Virus record (IMG/VR): IMGVR_UViG_3300033067_001492
Coordinates: 1-33,610 of that record
DNA: 33,610 nt
Direction: 5' to 3' (one strand)
Source: a virus
Lineage: Duplodnaviria; Caudoviricetes
The notes under the pieces were generated by a model. That model was not told where the DNA came from. It saw nothing but the letters and a program-made list of their open reading frames with translations, and did not search any database. This document shows positions 14,856 to 22,852 of this stretch, piece after piece (the first letter of the stretch is position 1; each line of letters starts with the position of its first letter). The translations under genes and the position numbers were made by a program.

Positions 14856-16847
14856 GTGGACGCCAAAATCGTGCGTGTCGAGCACGCGACGCCAGCCTCA
14901 CAGCCGCGCCGCGATGCGCGCTGGTGGACGCAGACCGACCCCGCGCAGTGCGCGAAGCTGACGGCCGCGACGAAGGAGAGCATCGCCTCGCAGCAGCAGA
15001 CCCGGCGCGCCCTGATGGCGAAGCACGCCGCGCTGTACCTCGACCTCCGCCGCGAGGGCGACGCCGACATGGCGTCCACGCTGGCGAGCGACCGGGCCCG
15101 CGTGAGCCGCAACGTGTGCCATGCGCTGGTGCAGACCTGCATCGCGCACATCGCGAAGAATCGGCCTCGGCCGCAGTTCGTCACCAAGGGCGGGGACAAC
15201 GCGCTGCAGCGCAAGGCGAAGGACCTTACCGCCTACTGCGACGGCCTCTACATGCAGATGGGCATCCACGCCAAGGGGCAGGCGGTGTTCCGCGACGCGG
15301 GCATCTTCGGCACAGGCTTCGGGCACTTCTACGCCGACGTAGAGCGGGGCGAGATCGTGTGCGAGCGCGTGCCCGTGGACGAGGTGTACGTCAGCGACGT
15401 CGAGGCCCGGTACGGCACGCCCCGGCAGATGTTCCGCACGCGCAACCTGAACCGCGACGTGCTGATTGACATGTTTCCCGCGAGCGCCGAGGAGATCGAG
15501 CGCGCGGGCAACGCCTTCGCCTCAGACGACTCCAGCGACATGGTGGAGGTCATCGAGGCGTGGCACCTGCCCACGGGGCCTGTCCGCTGGAGCGACGCCG
15601 AGGGCGAGCCAACGAAGGAACGCGGCAAGGGGCGCAAGCCGACGACCGACGGCCGCCACGTCATCGTGTGCGGGAACGCGGTGCTGCTCTCGAGGCCGTG
15701 GACCCACGAGTGGTTCCCGATCCTGCCGTTCCACTGGGAGGACCCGCTCTATGGCTTCTGGGGCCGCGGGCTCGTCGAGAGCGTGGCGGGCAAGCAGCTC
15801 GAGCTGAACAACCTCGACCGCGACATCCAGACCGCGCACCGCCGCGGAGGTCGTCCCGTCGTGCTGATGCCCATCGGGTCGAGCATCGACGAAGACGACA
15901 TCAACAACGAGGTGTTTGCGATCATCAAATACGACGCGACGGGTGGGCCCCCGCCGTCGTTCCAGGTGACGCCGACGCTCAACCCGGCCATCTACCAGGA
16001 GCGGGCCGCCCTCTGGCAGCAATGTTTCGAGGACACGGGCGTTTCGCACAGCAACGCCACCGGCCAGAAGCCGGCGGGCGTCGAAGCGGCCGTGGCCATC
16101 CGCGAGGTCAACGACCTGAGCGGGACGCGCTTCGTCGTCAAGGCGCAGGCGTACGAGCAGTGGTTCGTGGATGCCGCGCGCATCTGCATCGCGTTGGCCC
16201 GCGAGCTCTACGACGAGCACGACGTGGACCTCACGGTGAAGGGCCGCGCGGGCAAGTTCATCAAGAGCATCAAGTGGTCCGACGTCGACATGGACGACGA
16301 CGCCTACGACCTCCAGGTGTTCCCGACCTCGCTGCTTCCGACGACTCCGGCGGGGCGCCTCCAGACCATCACCGAGATGATGCAAAACGGCTTGCTCGAC
16401 CCGGTGCAAGGCCGCGCGCTGATGCAGCTCCCCGACCTCGACGGCGCCCACGGCATGTCGCTGCAAGACGAGGCGTTTGAGTACGCGGTCGACCTCGTGG
16501 CCGACATTCTCGAGGGCGGCGATGGCGAGGCTGCGGACCCGCGCGCCGACCTGAATCTGCTGTTCAAGGTGACGTTGACGACCTACCTGCGGGCGCTCCG
16601 CGAGAAGGTCGCCGAAGGCACACTGGAACGCTTCCGCACGCTGATGGACACCGTGCAGCGCTGGCAGAAGCTCATCGAGGGAGGTGTGAGCCCCGCCGAT
16701 GTGGCCGCTGGCGCGACCGAACTCCCGGCCCCGCCGATGCCTCCGGGCGCAGGCGAGGTGCCGATGGCAGGACCGGGCGCACCGCCCGGCATGCCGCCTG
16801 ACATGGCGATGCCGCCCGACATGGGAGCAGCGCCGCCACCCATGTGA
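14856..16847 (+). CDS. portal protein
   Basis: 663 aa; NVCHALVQT..AHIAKNRPRP, DAGIFGTG, FWGRGLVE..GKQLELN, P/M-rich tail; lies before scaffold and capsid. Confidence 0.85.
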   Translation: MDAKIVRVEHATPASQPRRDARWWTQTDPAQCAKLTAATKESIASQQQTRRALMAKHAALYLDLRREGDADMASTLASDRARVSRNVCHALVQTCIAHIAKNRPRPQFVTKGGDNALQRKAKDLTAYCDGLYMQMGIHAKGQAVFRDAGIFGTGFGHFYADVERGEIVCERVPVDEVYVSDVEARYGTPRQMFRTRNLNRDVLIDMFPASAEEIERAGNAFASDDSSDMVEVIEAWHLPTGPVRWSDAEGEPTKERGKGRKPTTDGRHVIVCGNAVLLSRPWTHEWFPILPFHWEDPLYGFWGRGLVESVAGKQLELNNLDRDIQTAHRRGGRPVVLMPIGSSIDEDDINNEVFAIIKYDATGGPPPSFQVTPTLNPAIYQERAALWQQCFEDTGVSHSNATGQKPAGVEAAVAIREVNDLSGTRFVVKAQAYEQWFVDAARICIALARELYDEHDVDLTVKGRAGKFIKSIKWSDVDMDDDAYDLQVFPTSLLPTTPAGRLQTITEMMQNGLLDPVQGRALMQLPDLDGAHGMSLQDEAFEYAVDLVADILEGGDGEAADPRADLNLLFKVTLTTYLRALREKVAEGTLERFRTLMDTVQRWQKLIEGGVSPADVAAGATELPAPPMPPGAGEVPMAGPGAPPGMPPDMAMPPDMGAAPPPM

Positions 16848-16858
16848 CGGGGGACTGA

Positions 16859-17914
16859 ATGAGCGACGAATCCGCACCCGCTGCCGCGCCCGAGGCGCCC
16901 AGCACCGAGCCGACCACCGAGGCGCCTGCCGTCGACACGACGCAGGGCGCTCCCACCGACGCGGCCCCGCCGGTCGAGGCTGCTGCCCCCGAGGCGCCGC
17001 CCACGACCGCGGAACTCATCGCCATCACGCGCGAGCGCAGGGCGATGCAGAAGCGCCAGAAGGAAGCCGAGGCCAAGGCCGCCGCGCGCGAGGCCGAACT
17101 GGCCGCGAAGGCTGCCGAGGTCGAGAAGCGCAGCGCCGACATCGAGGCGCTTCGCAAGCTCGCCAGCGGCTACGAGGAGAACCCGCAGGCGATCATCGAG
17201 GCGCTCGGCATCGACCCCGCGGAGTACTTCGACACGTGGGTGCGCAAGAGCCTCGGCGAGGCGCCATCGCCCGATGACCGCGTCAACAAGCTCGAACGCG
17301 AGCTGAAGAAGCGCGACGCCGCCGCGAAGGCCGAACGCGAGGCCGCCGAGAAGCGTGCTGCCGAAGAGGCCGAGGCGCAGAAGAAAGCTGCACTCGAGGC
17401 GCAGGAGCAGGCGAAGCAGCGCTGGATGGCGGACACCACGCAGCAGATTGCGGCATTCGTTGGCCAGATGTCGGACACGTATCCGATGTTTGCGACGATC
17501 GCCGCCTCGGTGCCTGAGGTCTACGAAGAGCTTGTGCATGAGGCTGTCAAGTGGCATACTGAGAAAGGCCAACCTCTCACACTGGCGCAAGCCGTCGAGA
17601 GGAAGGAAGCGGAGCTCGTCAAGCGAGCGACCGAGCGAATGACGGAGATGTTGAAGGTCCCCGCACTGCGAGCAGTGGCGGAGGGCATCTTCAAGCCTCC
17701 GGCCCCGGCCCCCGCAGCGGCAAAGCCGCCCGCGGAGCCAGCGAAAGAGCCTTCGACGCCAGCAGTAAGTTCGAAGCCCGCGGTCACGACAATCCCAGTT
17801 GGCAGGGCTGCCCCCACTGTGGTGCCGGAGACAAGCCGCTTTGATCCTATCCGCGAACGCAACGAGCGAATCGCGCGACTGATGGCGATGCAGGTCGACG
17901 AGTCCACCACGTAA
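16859..17914 (+). CDS. capsid scaffolding protein
   Basis: Acidic A/P/E-rich N-terminus and coiled coils; between portal and capsid. Confidence 0.75.
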   Translation: MSDESAPAAAPEAPSTEPTTEAPAVDTTQGAPTDAAPPVEAAAPEAPPTTAELIAITRERRAMQKRQKEAEAKAAAREAELAAKAAEVEKRSADIEALRKLASGYEENPQAIIEALGIDPAEYFDTWVRKSLGEAPSPDDRVNKLERELKKRDAAAKAEREAAEKRAAEEAEAQKKAALEAQEQAKQRWMADTTQQIAAFVGQMSDTYPMFATIAASVPEVYEELVHEAVKWHTEKGQPLTLAQAVERKEAELVKRATERMTEMLKVPALRAVAEGIFKPPAPAPAAAKPPAEPAKEPSTPAVSSKPAVTTIPVGRAAPTVVPETSRFDPIRERNERIARLMAMQVDESTT

Positions 17915-17971
17915 CAACCGCACTTCCGCGGTCGGCGGGTCCCTTGCCAGTGACGCAAAGGGCTCCGCCAC

Positions 17972-19192
17972 ATGTCTCAGACTCCCACCAATTTCGCCGC
18001 GTTCCTCAAGGAGATCGTCAAGGCCCACGAGGATTCCACCTACGAGCCGTCGCCCGCCCTCGCTCTCATGAGCAAGGACGAGAACTTCTACGGTGAGTCG
18101 ATGCGCCTGCCGCTGAAGATCGGCGACGTCCAGGGTGGTTCCGCCACCTTCGCCGAGGCCCAGTCCGGCGCTTCGGGCTCGTCCTCGGTCGAGCGCGCGT
18201 TCAGCCTCACCCACTGCGAGCTCTTCAGCCTCGCGCAGCTCTCGGGCTCCGTCATCCGGCGCAGCGAGAAGGAGGCCATCCTCAAGGCCCTCGACACCGA
18301 GGTCGAGAGCGCGATGAACACCCTCGCGTGCGACCTCTCGCACCAGCTCTACCGCAACGGCTACGGCTCGCGCGGCGCCATCGCGGGTGTCAGCGGCAGC
18401 ACGTTCCAGTGCGCCAACGCCGACGACATCATGCACATCAAGAAGGGCATGCGCCTGGTGTTCTCGGCCACCGAGGCCGCGGACCTTCTGCGCTCCGCCA
18501 CCGTCCGCACCGTGACCGCGGTCGACGAGGAGACCAACACCGTCACGCTCGACGGCACCCTCGCGGGCGTCTCGGCCGTCAACGGTGACTACGTGTTCCG
18601 CTCCGGCGACCGCGAGAACAGCGCGACCCCGTCGCGGCTCGTGTACAGCGGCGTGAAGGCGTGGATCCCCTCGACCGTCTCGGCCACCACGTTCTTCGGT
18701 GTCGACCGCACCATCGACCGCGTGCGCCTCGCGGGCCGCTACTGGGCCGCTGCGGCGACCCCGCCCGAGGAGGTGCTCATCGATGGCCTCCGCAAGCTCC
18801 GCCGCGTCGGTGGCAAGGCTTCGCACGCCTTCGTCCCGACGGCGTTCTTCGCCGCGCTCACCAAGCAGCTCCAGTCCCGCGGGACCCTGCCGCTCGTCGA
18901 CGTGAAGGTCACCCCTCGCGTCGGCTTCCGCGGCATCGACCTCGTCGGCGCGGGCGGCTCGGTCACCGTGCTCGACGACATCTACTGCCCGCCGGACATG
19001 GTCTGGCTGACCAACATCGCCGATTGGTCGGTTGCGACCGCCGGCAAGATGGTCCGCCTCGCCGACGAGGACGGGCTCAAGGTGAGCCGCTCGGGCACCG
19101 CGGACACGTTCGAGGCTCGGTTCGTCAGCGAAGGCAACTTCGCCTGCCGAAACCCCCTCAACAACATCCACATCAACATCACCGCGTACTGA
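17972..19192 (+). CDS. major capsid protein
   Basis: 406 aa, strongly biased codon usage, position after scaffold; LxxDLSHQLYRNGYG spine-helix-like segment. Confidence 0.85.
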   Translation: MSQTPTNFAAFLKEIVKAHEDSTYEPSPALALMSKDENFYGESMRLPLKIGDVQGGSATFAEAQSGASGSSSVERAFSLTHCELFSLAQLSGSVIRRSEKEAILKALDTEVESAMNTLACDLSHQLYRNGYGSRGAIAGVSGSTFQCANADDIMHIKKGMRLVFSATEAADLLRSATVRTVTAVDEETNTVTLDGTLAGVSAVNGDYVFRSGDRENSATPSRLVYSGVKAWIPSTVSATTFFGVDRTIDRVRLAGRYWAAAATPPEEVLIDGLRKLRRVGGKASHAFVPTAFFAALTKQLQSRGTLPLVDVKVTPRVGFRGIDLVGAGGSVTVLDDIYCPPDMVWLTNIADWSVATAGKMVRLADEDGLKVSRSGTADTFEARFVSEGNFACRNPLNNIHINITAY

Positions 19193-19219
19193 GCGGCGGG
19201 CTGACAGGAGCAACCAGTC

Positions 19220-19618
19220 ATGCACGCACTCACCTACCCGGCGCAGTACACAGAGTCGTGTCGCGTCGTCCACCTTGGGCGCCTCGACATCCACACGGAC
19301 GCGAGCGTCCTCACGACCTCCGTTGGCAAGGGCATCACGTGGACCAAGCAGGCCACCGGGCTCTACCGCGGCACGCTGTCGACGCAGTACACGGGCGTCG
19401 CCCCCTCGGGCGGTATTCCGATGCTGGTCTTCACCCAGGTCGTCAAGGCGGCCGCGTCGAAGATCGAAGTCGAACTGGCCAACCAGACCGTGTCGAACGG
19501 CTACTTCGAGATCCGCACCGTTGACGGCGACGCGGTGGGTCGCGCGGCGGCGGACACGGCCGCGGCGATCAGCGTCAACGTGTTCATCGTCCACGCCAAC
19601 ACCACGCAGGCCATCTGA
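19220..19618 (+). CDS. capsid-associated / decoration-like protein
   Basis: AGGAG SD; beta-rich; directly after the major capsid gene. Confidence 0.6.
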   Translation: MHALTYPAQYTESCRVVHLGRLDIHTDASVLTTSVGKGITWTKQATGLYRGTLSTQYTGVAPSGGIPMLVFTQVVKAAASKIEVELANQTVSNGYFEIRTVDGDAVGRAAADTAAAISVNVFIVHANTTQAI

Positions 19619-19619
19619 C

Positions 19620-19859
19620 ATGGTGCCCGACGGCAAGAAGCACGGCGGCCTCATGATCGCTCTGCTCGGCGGCAAGAAGCCGGGCGAGGCGGACGACGAG
19701 GAAGCGCCGGAGAGCGGCGAAGGCCCCAGCGTGGACGAGGCTGCGAAGCTCTCGGCTGCGAAGGACGCCCTCGCCGCGTTCGAAGCGAAGGACCCGAAGG
19801 CCCTCAGCGAGGCGCTCTCTGCCTTCGTCGAGTGCTGCGGGTACGAGGGCGAGGAGTAG
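19620..19859 (+). CDS. small acidic hypothetical protein
   Basis: ATG 19620, MVPDGKKHGGLMIALLGG...KDPKALSEAL. Confidence 0.65.
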   Translation: MVPDGKKHGGLMIALLGGKKPGEADDEEAPESGEGPSVDEAAKLSAAKDALAAFEAKDPKALSEALSAFVECCGYEGEE

Positions 19860-19872
19860 CAAGGCTTCCGCG

Positions 19873-19923
19873 TCGCGGCGCCCTCGGGCGCACCTCCCCC
19901 CCATCACACCGGGGGCGCCGCGA
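19873..19923 (+). promoter_or_regulatory. 15-bp stem-loop with a C-rich 21-nt loop
   Basis: TCGCGGCGCCCTCGG (19873-19887) pairs with CCGGGGGCGCCGCGA (19909-19923), one G.U; no U-tail. Confidence 0.6.
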
Positions 19924-19943
19924 TTCGGATCTAGGAGGCGACC

Positions 19944-20627
19944 GTGGCCACGCTCTCTGATCTGCGCACGCAAGCCCAGTACCTCGCCGATGCGGTGAAC
20001 GACTCGCACAAGTCCACCGCAGAGTGGACCGTATGGGCGAACTACCACGGCGCCGAGCTGTGGGACGAGCTCGCCAACCTGTTCGAGGACCGATACACCA
20101 CGTCGACGAGCGGCCTCACTGTCTCGAGCGGCGTGCTGTCGTTCACGTTGTCGACGGCGATGCGGGTGCGCGCCATCGAGAAGAGCGTTGACGGCGGGCA
20201 GAACTGGATGCGCGTGGAGCAGACGCCCCTTCGCGAGTTCTCGCGCTGGCGGACGACGCGCGTGCGCAGCGGCTCGCCCTACGCCGACGTCGCAGACTGC
20301 ACCTACGCGATCGTGGGGACGCAGATCCTCATCACCCCGAGCAACGCGACCTCGGGGACGTTTCGGGTCTGGTACGTGCCGATCTACACGGCGATGTCCT
20401 CCGACAGCGACAATCTGTTCGGGGGCGCCGCTGTGCCGAACCAATGGCACGAGTTCGTGGCCATCGGCATGGCCATCGACGCGCTCGGCAAGGAGGAGAG
20501 CGACCCGAGCTTCCTCATGGCCCGCAAGGCCGGTCTGCTCGCGCGGATCCGCAAGGCGGCCAGCAACCGAAGCCCCGGAGGCTCGCGCATGCGTGAGACC
20601 GCCACGCACCGAGACGAGGACTTCTGA
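19944..20627 (+). CDS. head-to-tail adaptor protein
   Basis: MATLSDLRTQA...WAN...ELW, FRVWYVP, VPNQWHEFVA fit the podovirus adaptor pattern; GGAGG SD. Confidence 0.7.
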   Translation: MATLSDLRTQAQYLADAVNDSHKSTAEWTVWANYHGAELWDELANLFEDRYTTSTSGLTVSSGVLSFTLSTAMRVRAIEKSVDGGQNWMRVEQTPLREFSRWRTTRVRSGSPYADVADCTYAIVGTQILITPSNATSGTFRVWYVPIYTAMSSDSDNLFGGAAVPNQWHEFVAIGMAIDALGKEESDPSFLMARKAGLLARIRKAASNRSPGGSRMRETATHRDEDF

Positions 20628-20953
20628 TGCCTCGCTTCGCCCGCGTGAGGCTGCCGGCAGGGCCGACGCTGCGTGACGTGGCCGACGCGCTGGAGGGCCT
20701 CCAGGACAACGTGGAAGCGGCCGTGCGGCCGTCGCTCGCGCACCCGCTCATCGAGGGCCACGTTCTCGAGGCGGTGGCCATCGCGACGGGCGGCACCGAC
20801 ATCGCCCATCTGCTTCAGCGGCCGTGGCAGGGCTGGATCCTGACGAGGAAGCGCGGGGCCGGCGACGTGTACGAAGACACCCAGGCGGACCCGGGGCGCT
20901 TCCTGCGCCTCAAGTCGTCGTCTGCGGTCACCGTGGACCTGATGGTGTTCTGA
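20627..20953 (+). CDS. small tail-associated protein
   Basis: TGATG coupling; IAHLLQRPWQGW resembles the HxLGxxP motif of small tail/fibre domains. Confidence 0.65.
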   Translation: MPRFARVRLPAGPTLRDVADALEGLQDNVEAAVRPSLAHPLIEGHVLEAVAIATGGTDIAHLLQRPWQGWILTRKRGAGDVYEDTQADPGRFLRLKSSSAVTVDLMVF

Positions 20954-22482
20954 TGACGACGACCTACATGGGTATGGACCTGCCGATCCCCGGCAGCACT
21001 GCGGGCGGGCTGGCGGGACTCTACCTGTGGGCCACGATGCTCAACACGGCGCTCGAGGACAAGGTCGACGCGCACGACCACACGAGCAGCAAGGGCACGC
21101 GGGTCCCCACCGCGGGCCTGCTCATCAACGCCGACCTCGAGTTCAACGGCTACGACGCCACCGAGCTGCGCAGCGCGCGCTTCGAACAGCAGGCGAGCGT
21201 GGGCGACTCGGACGACGTGGCGTGTCTATACTTCCTGTCGTCGACCGGCGATCTGTACTGCCGCACCGGCGCAGGTGTCGAGATCCGCCTCACGAGCGGC
21301 GGCGCGGTCAACGCGGCGGGCCTGAGCGCGAACACGTACCCCGGCAGCGCCAAGGTGGCGGACTACACGATCCTGCCCGCCGACACGGCGACGCTCTTTC
21401 ACTTCAACACGACGGTAGCGACCCGCACCGCAACGCTTCCCTCGGCGGCCGCCATCTCTGCGGGGCGCTTCTACATCATCGGCTCGTCGACCGGCGCCAA
21501 CGGGGTCATTATCGCCGCCGACGGCAGCGACACCATCAACGGGGTCGCTAGCATCACCGTGCGCGGCTGGGGCGCGGCCTACGTCGTGCGCGTCAGCAGC
21601 ACCACGTGGCTCTGCTACGAGGTCGGCCCGCAACTCGCGGGCGCCACCGTGCCCACCGCCGGCAGCCTCACCACCGGCAACGTGCTTCAGGTGTCCGGCA
21701 GCGCGGCGCTCTCGTACGCAGCGCTGAACCTCGCGGGCGGCGCCAACTACGTGACCGGCGTGCTGCCGGCGGCGAACCTCGCCAGCGCCACGACGATCGC
21801 GCAGGGCGCCGTCATCCTCGCGCAAGACCTCTCGGGTACGAGCTCGGCGCCGACGGTGACCGCCGTCACGGGCGCCACGAGCAAACTCGTCGTGCGCTCC
21901 ACCGCACCCGCCATCGAGTGGGCCGAGGCCACCGCAAGCCCCGTGCTCCGCCAGGCGACCAACACGACCACCAACGGCCAGACGCTGAGCGTCGCGGCGC
22001 AGAGCAGTAGCAACGGTGGCAGCGCGGGCGGACACCTTGTTCTCTCGTCCGGCGCCCCCGGCGCTGGCGGCACCGTTGGCGCGCTGCGACTTCAGGTCGG
22101 CGGCTCGGCGGGGCTCTACCTCACGCCATCCCCCGGCGGCTCGACATACCTCGCCAGCCTCTGGACGGCAGCGGGCGCCTCGGAGGTGCCCGACGGCACC
22201 AATCTGCTGTACCTCACCGACGGCACGCTACCCACAGCGGCGACGTCGGGTGGCTGCGTCATCGGCTCACTGAGTGGCGACCTGTCGACCATGAGCAGCG
22301 ATGGGCACACGACGCGGCTCCGCCGCATCGCCAGCACCATGGCCAGCACCAGCGCCGCGGGCGGGGTGATCAGTCTGCCAGGCGTCAGCGGAAGCAATAT
22401 CACGCCAGCGAAGGTGTGGGTCGTGCGCCTCGACGGCGTCGACTATGCGATCCCCCTCTGGACCTTCGCGAGCTTCACGTGA
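20953..22482 (+). CDS. tail fibre-like protein
   Basis: T/S/G/A-rich; DAHDHTSSKG, ATLPSAA...GSDTING segments typical of fibres. Confidence 0.7.
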   Translation: MTTTYMGMDLPIPGSTAGGLAGLYLWATMLNTALEDKVDAHDHTSSKGTRVPTAGLLINADLEFNGYDATELRSARFEQQASVGDSDDVACLYFLSSTGDLYCRTGAGVEIRLTSGGAVNAAGLSANTYPGSAKVADYTILPADTATLFHFNTTVATRTATLPSAAAISAGRFYIIGSSTGANGVIIAADGSDTINGVASITVRGWGAAYVVRVSSTTWLCYEVGPQLAGATVPTAGSLTTGNVLQVSGSAALSYAALNLAGGANYVTGVLPAANLASATTIAQGAVILAQDLSGTSSAPTVTAVTGATSKLVVRSTAPAIEWAEATASPVLRQATNTTTNGQTLSVAAQSSSNGGSAGGHLVLSSGAPGAGGTVGALRLQVGGSAGLYLTPSPGGSTYLASLWTAAGASEVPDGTNLLYLTDGTLPTAATSGGCVIGSLSGDLSTMSSDGHTTRLRRIASTMASTSAAGGVISLPGVSGSNITPAKVWVVRLDGVDYAIPLWTFASFT

Positions 22483-22483
22483 G

Positions 22484-22831
22484 CTACGGGGAGAACCGCG
22501 CGGTGACCTTCGTGGCTTGCGCGCGCGCCGGAACGCTCATGCGAGCCCCAAGGCCCGGGGTCACAGCAACGGCCGCTTCGGTGCACCCAATGTCGTCGCA
22601 CAGCACCCCGCGCGTGGTCGGCGCAACCTCTCCGCTGGCCTCCACCCAATACGCCTGGCCCGCCTCCGCCGTGAACGTGCATTCCGCGACCTGGGAGGCG
22701 TTGACCTCACCGAGGCAGCCCATGATCTCCGGCAGCGTCCGCGTCACGGGCGGCGCCGGCACCTGCTCCACCTCGGTCGCCGCACCGCAACCCGCCACCA
22801 GCAACGCCCACACCATCCCCATGGTTCGCAT
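22484..22831 (-). CDS. antisense-oriented lipoprotein
   Basis: MRTMGMVWALLVAG-C lipobox; fits the gap between two + strand tail genes; four further Cys. Confidence 0.7.
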   Translation of the reverse strand: MRTMGMVWALLVAGCGAATEVEQVPAPPVTRTLPEIMGCLGEVNASQVAECTFTAEAGQAYWVEASGEVAPTTRGVLCDDIGCTEAAVAVTPGLGARMSVPARAQATKVTARFSP

Positions 22832-22852
22832 TGCCCAAGCCTAAGGACGCCC

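Noticed and set aside
16730-16847. PPM/PPDM repeats at the portal C-terminus
   Set aside because: Low-complexity tails are common on podovirus-type portals.
16583-19675. 1030-aa ORF on the - strand, and other long shadow ORFs (15522-16877, 31646-32914, 9767-11059)
   Set aside because: Antisense or frame shadows of GC3-biased genes (portal, scaffold, capsid, terL); no motifs, Arg/Gly/His-rich composition.
22445-22852. 136-aa N-terminal extension of the nozzle in the ORF track
   Set aside because: It is the antisense of the lipoprotein gene; the SD-supported ATG at 22853 gives a typical N-terminus.
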